Of a stretch of 59,092 bases of DNA, positions 1 to 8,015 are shown in pieces. Below the pieces are notes generated by a model. The model worked only from the letters and a program-made list of their open reading frames with translations. It was not told where the DNA came from and searched no databases. The stretch is from Thermoplasmatota archaeon (GTDB lineage: Archaea > Thermoplasmatota > Thermoplasmata > UBA10834). The position numbers and the translations under genes were made by a program. Each line of letters starts with the position of its first letter. Within the stretch, counting starts at the first letter, position 1. Where the stretch lies: NCBI GenBank assembly GCA_016930135.1, contig JAFGHM010000102.1, positions 1-59,092 of the forward strand. The letters are read 5' to 3'.

Positions 1-156
1 CATGTCCTTGATGGCGCGTGCCATCTCCGGATAGGTTCTGATGGTCACTATCCTGAATCTGTGCGGCAGCAATCGCTGATCTATCGCCCTGACCACCCTG
101 CCCTCCATCCAGATGGCCCGAAGATCCTTCTTCCCTTTCGGAGTCGAGACCAGCAT
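1..156 (-). CDS. mtnA: methylthioribose-1-phosphate isomerase / eIF2B-like protein (5' part, runs off window)
   Basis: Own translation from ATG at 156: MLVSTPKGKKDLRAIWMEGRVVRAIDQRLLPHRFRIVTIRTYPEMARAIKDM. DQRLLP...AIKDM is the MtnA/eIF2B N-terminal signature. Confidence 0.8.
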   Translation of the reverse strand, partial: MLVSTPKGKKDLRAIWMEGRVVRAIDQRLLPHRFRIVTIRTYPEMARAIKDM

Positions 157-218
157 GTCCTAGACCATCATGTGAATGAGCTAGGACGGATAAAAGCCTC
201 AGTCTCTGTCACACCGGC

Positions 219-233
219 CAAAAGGATATTAAA
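219..233 (+). promoter_or_regulatory. BRE/TATA promoter of tRNA-Val
   Basis: CAAAAGGATATTAAA about 30 nt upstream of the tRNA. Confidence 0.55.
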
Positions 234-265
234 CCAAAGCGGCATTAATCGGCCTGCCTCGCCAT

Positions 266-338
266 GGGCCCATGGTCTAGGGGTTATGACAGCGCTCTCA
301 CACAGCGCAGATCACCGGTTCAAATCCGGTTGGGCCCA
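266..338 (+). tRNA. tRNA-Val(CAC)
   Basis: Acceptor stem GGGCCCA/TGGGCCC, anticodon stem GCGCT/AGCGC with loop CTCACAC (CAC at 299-301), T arm ACCGG-TTCAAAT-CCGGT; no intron; CCA not fully encoded. Confidence 0.95.
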
Positions 339-398
339 CCTCTTCTTCTCCGTTCCTCACCTTGGAAAAGGTCATATGGGAAGAAAAGGTATCGGGGA

Positions 399-1088
399 AT
401 GGTCGAGGGGGATGGTGTGAGGTGTCTAGGTTGCGGAGTCCTGAATCCAGATGGGTCCAGATTCTGCCACCGATGTAGAGCACGATTGACTGCTGATGAT
501 CGGCGAACTCTCGACGATGTCGCAATACAAGGGGTGACAGCACAGCATCAGCATGAAGAGGCTGAGAAGAGGCGCGACCTTGCTTTGGCGACCATTCTGA
601 CTCTCGTGGGGGTAATCGTGATCATTCTGCTTGAGCTGATGATGAGAACGGGCTCAGCCGACTTTATTGACCATTCGCGTGAGGGCATTGTCTCTATGCA
701 AGCTAATGCATTCATAGCAGCGTTCGTGGGCATATGTATCATGATACTCCGTCTCCTCAAAGGACGGACGAGTGGGGGGGCTGTCCGGTCCGAATCATCC
801 TTCTTCCACAGAATGGAGCCTTCGCTGCTTTCCGGTGGCACCCTCAAATCGCAGGCAGACTCCCTGGACCAAGGAGGTGGGATTCCCATTGTGCTCAGAA
901 TTCCCCTCTACCTGATTTCCGCAGGCATTCCCGCACTTGGCTGCATTGCAGGTGGAATACTCGTGACAAACAAGAGAACAGAACATAGGGCTGTAGGGAG
1001 TAACTGCATCAAAATCAGCATTGCCGCTTTGGTTGTGCTCAACGTGATGTTGGGAATCATATATCTGGCAGTTAGTCGAGTGCCCTGA
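399..1088 (+). CDS. zinc-ribbon membrane protein
   Basis: N-terminal CLGC...CHRC double zinc ribbon followed by about 4 hydrophobic helices; start moved to ATG 399 because the longer ORF overlaps the tRNA. Confidence 0.7.
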   Translation: MVEGDGVRCLGCGVLNPDGSRFCHRCRARLTADDRRTLDDVAIQGVTAQHQHEEAEKRRDLALATILTLVGVIVIILLELMMRTGSADFIDHSREGIVSMQANAFIAAFVGICIMILRLLKGRTSGGAVRSESSFFHRMEPSLLSGGTLKSQADSLDQGGGIPIVLRIPLYLISAGIPALGCIAGGILVTNKRTEHRAVGSNCIKISIAALVVLNVMLGIIYLAVSRVP

Positions 1089-1186
1089 GTGAAGCGTGTT
1101 GTGGGACGCCGCCGACTCCCATTTCTATATCGCCTTTCGTGAGCTGCGACATTTCCGCTCTTGATTGAAATCAGAAAAAGGATGTC

Positions 1187-1420
1187 TGGCTACCCTCAGG
1201 GTACCATGTGATAGAGATTAGGGTCATCGATAACGCTGGCAACCAGGCAATTGACAGTGCTGGATTCAACAACGACATCCGAGCGTTGAGTCTCAGCGGT
1301 CTGTATTATGGCCTTCCTCGTCGGCATAATCATTGCCGTTGTGCTCGCCGGCTTGCTTGTCACGATGATGGTCTGGCGGCGGATGAAGGCCCGCTCCCTC
1401 CTCCTGGGAAAAGCCCATAG
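1187..1420 (+). pseudogene. frameshifted C-terminal remnant of an Ig-like surface protein with TM anchor
   Basis: GYHVIEIRVIDNAGNQA...SGLYYGLP in one frame, LVGIIIAVVLAGLLVTMMVWRRMK in the next, then GPLPPPGKSP* back in the first frame. Confidence 0.5.
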
Positions 1421-1447
1421 GAGAGGAAGGGGATTCAGGCCGGGGAT

Positions 1448-2002
1448 ATGGCCATGGGTTTCGGCCTCTTTGATGATGATCGGGATGAGAGAAGGACACT
1501 AGGCATAAGGGAGAAGCAGATTCTCTACAGGAATGCAAAGAAGAGATGTCAGAATCCCGCATGTGGAAGGAGAATCGACTTCGATGAAATGCAGGTCGGA
1601 CATAGGACAGCGTGGTCGAAGGGAGGAAGGACGACGCTGAAGAACAGCGTATGCCTCTGTTATCGATGCAACAAGCTACAAGGCAAGGATAGTTGGGCTG
1701 TATTCTTGAGGAAGCAGGGAGTGAAGGACGAGAAGGCGGAACTGAAGAATTCGCTTGAGTCCCTCAGCCTCCAGCAATTGAAGGCCCTCGCAAAGAAGCA
1801 CAACATCAAGGTCAAGGGCCGGACTGAGGAGTACCTCTTCGGCAGCGAAAGGAAGCCTCCCACAAAGAAGCAGTACATCTCTAGACTCAAAGGAGTCGTT
1901 ACTGAGAAGGAGGTCAAGTCAATGCCGAAGAAAGCCAAGTCCGTCAAGAAAAAAAGGAAGAAAAGATCGAGTGGCTTCTGGGACGACTTCTTGGGATTCT
2001 AG
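1448..2002 (+). CDS. HNH endonuclease with C-terminal SAP/Rho-N-like helical domain
   Basis: CQNPAC...VGH...GG...N...LCYRCN HNH/Zn motif; LESLSLQQLKALAKKHNI...TKKQYISRL; Lys-rich tail. Confidence 0.8.
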   Translation: MAMGFGLFDDDRDERRTLGIREKQILYRNAKKRCQNPACGRRIDFDEMQVGHRTAWSKGGRTTLKNSVCLCYRCNKLQGKDSWAVFLRKQGVKDEKAELKNSLESLSLQQLKALAKKHNIKVKGRTEEYLFGSERKPPTKKQYISRLKGVVTEKEVKSMPKKAKSVKKKRKKRSSGFWDDFLGF

Positions 2003-2108
2003 GGGTGAATAAGGAAAGGGGTTTGAGCCGGGTTTCCGGTCGCCTTCCAAAGACGCGGTAAACGGGTCGACCTGTACCTTCTCGGGTCGAGCCAGTCATT
2101 TTGGTGGA

Positions 2109-2129
2109 TTCAAATCCTGTTGGGCCCAC
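2109..2129 (+). repeat. att-like copy of tRNA-Val 3' end
   Basis: 20/21 match to 319-339. Confidence 0.75.
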
Positions 2130-2523
2130 TCAGACTCCTCCGGCAGTAACGAAGGGCGCTTCGGCCGACAATGATAATCGAAAAAGAACACAGAGGGAGG
2201 TGGACATCTGCAGAGGATGATGAGCCTTCTCCGACCACCGCCTCTTGATCCGCACTCTTCTTGTCTCTGTAGGGGACGCGGCCCTTGGCTCCATTGACAA
2301 GAGTAGGGGGATATCTGATTGAGCCGGGTTTCATGTAGCTTCTGAGAGACGCAACGAAACGGACCTTATGCACCTTCTGGGGTCAAGACGGTCGCACTTG
2401 CATGCTCAGATATGGTCCTATGCTCCTTACTGGCTACCTGAATGGACCTCGTTCCCAGATTTGGTTTTGGAGACGCTGGAAATATATATCCCCACTTCGA
2501 ATAATACGCCCAACGGTGGTCAA

Positions 2524-2970
2524 ATGGGATTCCTAGACAAGGTGAAATCCGCAGGGTCCGCCATGACCGGCGGCGCGGCGAAGGTGAGCCTCGAATACCC
2601 GCATCAGCCAATGAAGCCTGGCGATTCGATCAATGTGAAGGTGACTGTGGTCTCGACAGGCAAAGAGGTCAAGTCAGGCGGCGTGTTCGTCGACGTCCAT
2701 GCAGCGGAGAAGGGCCAGGTCAAATGCAAGAACGCAAAATGCCAGCAGATGGTTAACATAAGCAACGAGACCGTCAAACAGGCGATATCTATCGCGCCCG
2801 CATTCGTGCTGCAACCGAACGAGACCAAGGTCTTCGAGTCGACCATACAGCTGCCCATGGGACAGCCGACATACCACGGTGTGGTCAACCACGAATGGAT
2901 GATAAGGGGAAGGCTCGAGGCGTTCGGGAACGACCCTGATTCTGGGTTCCAGAGGATCGAGGTAAGATAA
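2524..2970 (+). CDS. SpoOM/arrestin-N-like beta-sandwich protein
   Basis: MGFLDKVKS...GGAAKVSL...PGDSINVKVTV...W.IRGRLE..GNDP resembles the SpoOM family; TATA-like AAATATATAT upstream supports ATG 2524. Confidence 0.6.
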   Translation: MGFLDKVKSAGSAMTGGAAKVSLEYPHQPMKPGDSINVKVTVVSTGKEVKSGGVFVDVHAAEKGQVKCKNAKCQQMVNISNETVKQAISIAPAFVLQPNETKVFESTIQLPMGQPTYHGVVNHEWMIRGRLEAFGNDPDSGFQRIEVR

Positions 2971-3029
2971 ACAGGATCGAGCAAACTCAGCATCCTGGAA
3001 ACCCTTTGCCTTGCTTTTCGCAACAGATG

Positions 3030-4250
3030 CTAAGGCACCTGTCTCAGGGTCCTCACGCGGGCCAACGGTGCTTTGGCGCTCGCCTGAGCCAGGAACTCCT
3101 CGATCTTGATGATCCGGTTGTTTATACGCGCGATGTCCTCGTTGATCTGGGAGACTGCCATCACGAGCTCCTCGTATAGCTTCGTCGGGATCTCGTCTTT
3201 GCCCTTCCCGCTCAGCCGCTCCTCGATCTGTGCCTGCAGCGCCTGGGCGGTGTTGTCCAGCTTCTCGAGCCGTTCCTCGAGGTCCTTCGGGATGACGACC
3301 TCCGGGGCCTGCCTGGGTGCCTCCTCGTCGGCTTGCATCTGAATCGCTCTGACGTCCTTCTCGATGGATTCGAGGCGCATCTCGAGCTCACGCGGCAACT
3401 CGAACATGACATCTCTGTTCTTGGCCCCGGCGAGGGCCGCGAAGCCCTTGTCGATCTTCTTGTCCGAGGCCGCAAGTATGACCGCGAGACCCTTCGCGAT
3501 CCTATCGTCCATGTTCTTGTTGAGCTCCGTGAGGGCCTTTCTGAGGGCGTGCTCCAGCTCCTCGAGCTTCTGATCCTGGCCCTCCACTCTGCCGATGATG
3601 TTCGAGAGGTCGCCAAGGTCGCGTGCAATGCCTTCGAGGAGCTGCTTCGCCTCGAAATCGGCCTTCGGAGACGTCTGAAAGCCTGGGTAGTGCCTCAGCG
3701 CATCCACCAGTCTGAGCATGTCGACCTCGGGCCCGGCCTTCTGTATCGCTTCTCTGATCGGTCCGAGCTTCGCCAGCTCCTGTTCTCCCAGCTCTGCGAC
3801 GGTCCTGTTCGATTTCTCAACGCTGGTCATCCCCTGGAGGACCTTCTCCAGGGCGGTTATCGCCTTTGATATGGTCGAGTCCTCGATGGTCCTGATATCC
3901 CTGACGGCATCCCGCTTGCCCCTCGCGATCGCGTCCGCGACCGTGACCCCTTCATGGGCATACAGGGCGACCAGGTGGTCGACCCCAGCCGTCACCTTCT
4001 GCTCCACATACTCCCAGTCGCGTTCCTTGACCACGACATCCTGACTGTCGGCCTTCTCGAAGAGCAGCGAGTAGCAGCCGTTTGGCATGATGCATATCTC
4101 GACGGAGTGTTGGTTGCCCCTGGCAAGCAGGGGGATGTGCTCTGGCCGCTCCTTCTTGACAGTGTTCAGGTACGCCCCCAGATATGAGATGGCGTACGTC
4201 TCGAGCGTCTTCTTTGGAGGTGGTAGAGGCGCCGGGGGTCCGCTCTCCAT
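3030..4250 (-). CDS. coiled-coil protein of unknown function
   Basis: 406 aa ORF with host-like codon usage; globular N-terminus then long heptad-rich helices. Confidence 0.8.
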   Translation of the reverse strand: MESGPPAPLPPPKKTLETYAISYLGAYLNTVKKERPEHIPLLARGNQHSVEICIMPNGCYSLLFEKADSQDVVVKERDWEYVEQKVTAGVDHLVALYAHEGVTVADAIARGKRDAVRDIRTIEDSTISKAITALEKVLQGMTSVEKSNRTVAELGEQELAKLGPIREAIQKAGPEVDMLRLVDALRHYPGFQTSPKADFEAKQLLEGIARDLGDLSNIIGRVEGQDQKLEELEHALRKALTELNKNMDDRIAKGLAVILAASDKKIDKGFAALAGAKNRDVMFELPRELEMRLESIEKDVRAIQMQADEEAPRQAPEVVIPKDLEERLEKLDNTAQALQAQIEERLSGKGKDEIPTKLYEELVMAVSQINEDIARINNRIIKIEEFLAQASAKAPLARVRTLRQVP

Positions 4251-4454
4251 CAGAATCTACAGTGGCATTATGGCCTATCTGGTATTGAGCTTTTCCTTCG
4301 TCAGTCTCCTCCGATGTATGCGAGCCAGTGTAAGAGACCTAGCAGCATGCCTCTTGACACGTCAGCGCCCCCGGGCTCGGAAAGGATTATTATCCATGTA
4401 TTTCTTATACTGACCGGCACTTGACTGATAAGCGTCAGGGGCAGCCCAGGCGGG

Positions 4455-5279
4455 ATGTACTTGAGCATAATCAAATCGAAGCGATACATCAAGAAGGTGG
4501 CCCTGATAGGCGATTCAGCCGTTGGGAAGACCTCGCTGATAAGGAGATTCGTGATAGATGTTTTCGACGACAAGTACATAGCTACCGTGGGCGCGAAGGT
4601 CAGCAAGCGCGACCTGGAGTACAAGCTGTCGGACAAGACGGTGTACCTGACGCTCATGCTCTGGGACATCCTGGGCCAGAAAGACTACAAGAAGATGAGG
4701 ACTCAAGGCCTCACGGGCGCTCACGGAGTGATGCTCGTAACTGACCTGAACAGGCCGGAGACCGTACAGTCGGTGCAGGACTTCTGGCTGCCAGAGATAG
4801 CGGAGATCGTCCCCAATTCACCAGTGCTCTTCGTCGGCAACAAGGCGGACCTCGTCAAGGAGAGCGCTCCGACGGTCCGATTGCTCAAGGAGATATCTCG
4901 TAAGACCAAAATGCCCATCGTGCTCTCGAGCGCGAAGACGGGCGAGAACGTCAGCGATACCTTCAGGAAGATCGGCGAGCTCATGCTGGAGAGCGAGCTC
5001 TTCGACAAGAAGGCTGCAGAGCCTACGCCGGAGTCCATGGCCCAGGCGATAGACGATGTTGTGAGCGACTTCTGCGAGCAATATGGGGACACCTTCAGGG
5101 CGATGGAGATCGTCGAGCGCGAGTTCACAAGGGCCAAGGTGGATGTCAACGCGCCCAACAAGGACGCTCTCCTGATGGCGATAGAGTACCTCTCGGACAT
5201 CGAAAGGGACGTCCATGGCAGGGACGTGTCCGAGGTGAACAAGCTCAGGCGCTGGAAGATGATTGACGAGGCTCGCTGA
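4455..5279 (+). CDS. Rab/Ras-like small GTPase with C-terminal helical extension
   Basis: G1 GDSAVGKTS, G2 YIATVG, G3 WDILGQ, G4 NKAD, G5 SAK; about 90 aa extra C-terminal domain. Confidence 0.9.
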   Translation: MYLSIIKSKRYIKKVALIGDSAVGKTSLIRRFVIDVFDDKYIATVGAKVSKRDLEYKLSDKTVYLTLMLWDILGQKDYKKMRTQGLTGAHGVMLVTDLNRPETVQSVQDFWLPEIAEIVPNSPVLFVGNKADLVKESAPTVRLLKEISRKTKMPIVLSSAKTGENVSDTFRKIGELMLESELFDKKAAEPTPESMAQAIDDVVSDFCEQYGDTFRAMEIVEREFTRAKVDVNAPNKDALLMAIEYLSDIERDVHGRDVSEVNKLRRWKMIDEAR

Positions 5280-5309
5280 GGGAGCGGGCCCGCTCCTGCC
5301 GTCGGGGGC

Positions 5310-5915
5310 ATGGCCGACATGAAGAAACGCCAGCTGGAGATGGCCCTGCAGAGTCTGCGGCCCCTGGGAACGAGAGAGGCCAGGCTTGAGCAGTATAGCA
5401 CGCCGGCCGAGGTGGCTGCGGACGTCCTCTGGGAGGCGTTCTCGGCGGGGGATGTGTCCGGCAGAGCGGTGGCCGACCTGGGCACCGGCAACGGCGTGTT
5501 TGCGATAGGGGCGAAGCTGCTCGGCGCCCAACGGGTGCTGGGGATCGATCTGGACCCTGAGGCCATACGCGTGGCGGAGAGGAACGCCCAGGTCCTCTCC
5601 CTGGGGGTCGAATTCGTCGCAGGGAGTGTGGATGAACTCTCGGGCTCCTTCGATACCGTGATCCAGAATCCCCCTTTCGGAGCCCAGACCAGGCACGCGG
5701 ACCGGGCCTTTATAAGGAAGGCTCTGGAGCTGGCTCCCAGAACCTACTCCCTCCACAACGACGGTACCCAGGGGTTCGTGAGCAAGCTGGTGTCCTCTCT
5801 GGGAGGCGGGGTCAGGACGGTCAAAAGGTATAAATTCGAGATTCCATATGCGTTCGAATTCCACAGAAAGGCTACAGAGACGATTTCGGTAGTTCTTTTG
5901 CGGTTTGACAGGTAG
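5310..5915 (+). CDS. METTL5-family N6-adenine RNA methyltransferase
   Basis: LEQYSTP, DLGTGNG, NPPFG, YSLH motifs; adjacent to csl4. Confidence 0.9.
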   Translation: MADMKKRQLEMALQSLRPLGTREARLEQYSTPAEVAADVLWEAFSAGDVSGRAVADLGTGNGVFAIGAKLLGAQRVLGIDLDPEAIRVAERNAQVLSLGVEFVAGSVDELSGSFDTVIQNPPFGAQTRHADRAFIRKALELAPRTYSLHNDGTQGFVSKLVSSLGGGVRTVKRYKFEIPYAFEFHRKATETISVVLLRFDR

Positions 5916-5924
5916 GTAATCGAC

Positions 5925-6488
5925 TTGACCAGAACCGGTCGCAAGGTGCTGCCTGGGGACGAGGTGGCAATCGCCGAGGAGTACATGTCCGGCGAGGGGA
6001 CTTACGAGCAGGACGGCAAGGTGTTCTCCAGCACAGTCGGCGAGCTCGATCTCGATCCGAAGGAGAAGGTCGCCAGGGTCATCCTGGACAACCCGCCCGT
6101 CGTGCTCAGAGAGGGCGATGTCGTGCTCGCCCAGGTGACAGACGCAAAACCGGCCATGGCGATCGTGAGCATAGTCCAGCAGGAGGGCAGGGACAGGGAA
6201 GTCTCGAGCGAGACGCTGGCATCGGTCCACGTGTCCAAGCTCTCAAGCTCGTATGTGGAGGATGCGGGGGATGTCGTGCGCCCGGGCGACATCATAAGGG
6301 GCCTGGTGATCCAGGCCGAGCCGAGCGTCCAGCTGTCCACGGCCGGGCCGCACTTCGGAGTGGTTCGGGCGGTCTGCGGCGTGTGCAAGAACCCCATGGA
6401 GAAGAAGGGAAGGGGCCTCTACTGCGAGCACTGCGAGAGGACTGAGAACCGGAAGCTGGCAGACGACTACAGGTCATTCCTCAAGTGA
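5925..6488 (+). CDS. csl4: exosome complex RNA-binding protein Csl4
   Basis: VLPGDEV..EEY..GEGTY, S1 domain, C-terminal CGVC...CEHC...ENRKLA zinc ribbon. Confidence 0.92.
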   Translation: MTRTGRKVLPGDEVAIAEEYMSGEGTYEQDGKVFSSTVGELDLDPKEKVARVILDNPPVVLREGDVVLAQVTDAKPAMAIVSIVQQEGRDREVSSETLASVHVSKLSSSYVEDAGDVVRPGDIIRGLVIQAEPSVQLSTAGPHFGVVRAVCGVCKNPMEKKGRGLYCEHCERTENRKLADDYRSFLK

Positions 6489-6730
6489 ATGCGACAGGCC
6501 AAACTCTTTATCGCGGTATCCCGATAGGTCGTTGCAGAAGGGGGGCGTCACGGACGGTCGATGACAAGGAACTCCTCGCTGAAATCGCACGTCTCAGGGA
6601 GGACCTCAAGCAGCTGAGGGAGATAGTGAACGTGCTCGTCAACGTTGTAATAGAAGATGAGCTTGAGGAGGAGGACCCCGAGTTCCAATCGCCCCAAGGC
6701 CCCGAGAACAGATTCAATATACTAAACTGA
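6485..6730 (+). CDS. small coiled-coil/acidic protein (start uncertain)
   Basis: DDKELLAEIARLREDLKQLREIVNVLVNVVIEDELEEE amphipathic helix. Confidence 0.55.
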   Translation: MNATGQTLYRGIPIGRCRRGASRTVDDKELLAEIARLREDLKQLREIVNVLVNVVIEDELEEEDPEFQSPQGPENRFNILN

Positions 6731-6768
6731 TTTAACGGGCAAGCCCACTTACCCTCACAGGCAAGCAG

Positions 6769-7983
6769 ATGAAGAGCACGTACTTCTTGGACAGCATGCG
6801 GGCCCAGGAGAAGTGGAGGATCGAGGAGTGCATAAACCTCATGCCCTCCGAGAACCAAACGAGCCCACAGGCCAGAGCGCTGCTCTCGGCGGATTTCGTG
6901 AACAGATACACCCTAACAGTGAATGCCGAGTACGCAGGGGAGTACATGGAGAACTCCTACCGCGGAACGCGCATAACGACTGAGATAGAGCGGAAGGCGG
7001 AGGAGCTGGCCAGAGAGGTCTATGGCTGCAAGTACGCATGCGTCGAACCGCTTTCAGGCCACATTGCTGCCATGATAGCGATAGTCTCGACGACCTCGAG
7101 AGGCGACAAGGTCCTTGCGATATCCGAGGAGTTTGGGGGCTATGATGGCTATGCGCAAAAATACATCCCGGACATAGTCGGTCTGAGGGCGGGAAAACTG
7201 CCCTTCGAAGCCTCGAAATGGAACCTCGACTACGAGGCCGCAGCGGCCCAGATACGACGCCAGAAGCCGAAGGTCGTCATCCTGGGCGCATCGCTGATAC
7301 TCTTCCCATACGACATGCCTCCGATCAAGGAGGCATGCGACGGGGTCGGAGCCACCCTGCTCTACGACGGCTCGCACGTGATGGGACTCATTGCTGGAGG
7401 GGAGTTCCAGAAGCCTCTCAGGCAGGGCGCGGACATTCTATATGGCTCTACCCATAAAACCCTCCCTGGACCACAGGGAGGCATCGTTCTCACCGACTCC
7501 AAGGAGATGGACAAGGCCATCAGGGGCAACCTCACCTGGAGGCTGATGGACAACGCGCATTGGAACCGCATCGCCTCGCTGGGCCAGACGCTCCTCGAGA
7601 TGAGGCGATTCGGGCCTGCTTATGCGAGGCAGGTCGTGAGGAACTCGAAGAGGCTCGGGAAAGAGCTCAAGGAGCGTGGTGTCCCGATCATGTTCGAGGA
7701 GCTCGGGTTCTCCGAGTCACACCAGCTTCTAATGGACAGGAGGGCGCTCAAGGCCAGATACCACCTGACCGTGAACGACTTCGCCAACCGCATGGAGAGA
7801 TCGAACCTGATCATCGATGCAGTTGGCAGGATAGGAACCTGCGAGCTTACCCGGATTGGCATGAAAGAGAAGCATCTGCCTGAGCTCGCCGATCTTTTTG
7901 CTGCGGCCGCGGGTGGGAAGGCAGTGAAGAAGCAGGTGAAAGCCCTGAGAAACCAGTTCGACATGGACTTCAGGTATCGATAG
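6769..7983 (+). CDS. glyA: serine hydroxymethyltransferase
   Basis: INLMPSEN, DGSHVMGLIAGG, PLP-lysine motif STHKTLPGPQGG. Confidence 0.93.
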   Translation: MKSTYFLDSMRAQEKWRIEECINLMPSENQTSPQARALLSADFVNRYTLTVNAEYAGEYMENSYRGTRITTEIERKAEELAREVYGCKYACVEPLSGHIAAMIAIVSTTSRGDKVLAISEEFGGYDGYAQKYIPDIVGLRAGKLPFEASKWNLDYEAAAAQIRRQKPKVVILGASLILFPYDMPPIKEACDGVGATLLYDGSHVMGLIAGGEFQKPLRQGADILYGSTHKTLPGPQGGIVLTDSKEMDKAIRGNLTWRLMDNAHWNRIASLGQTLLEMRRFGPAYARQVVRNSKRLGKELKERGVPIMFEELGFSESHQLLMDRRALKARYHLTVNDFANRMERSNLIIDAVGRIGTCELTRIGMKEKHLPELADLFAAAAGGKAVKKQVKALRNQFDMDFRYR

Positions 7984-8015
7984 CCGGCCGACGTTAAGGC
8001 ATTAATACGGAGGCA

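Larger units (their letters stand above)
319..2129. mobile_element. decayed tRNA-integrated islet bounded by att-like direct repeats
   Basis: TTCAAATCCGGTTGGGCCCAC (319-339) recurs as TTCAAATCCTGTTGGGCCCAC (2109-2129), 20/21 identical; accessory cargo between; no integrase. Confidence 0.6.

Noticed and set aside
264-398. ORF start running through the tRNA
   Set aside because: The frame is open by chance across tRNA-Val; protein-like sequence starts at 399.
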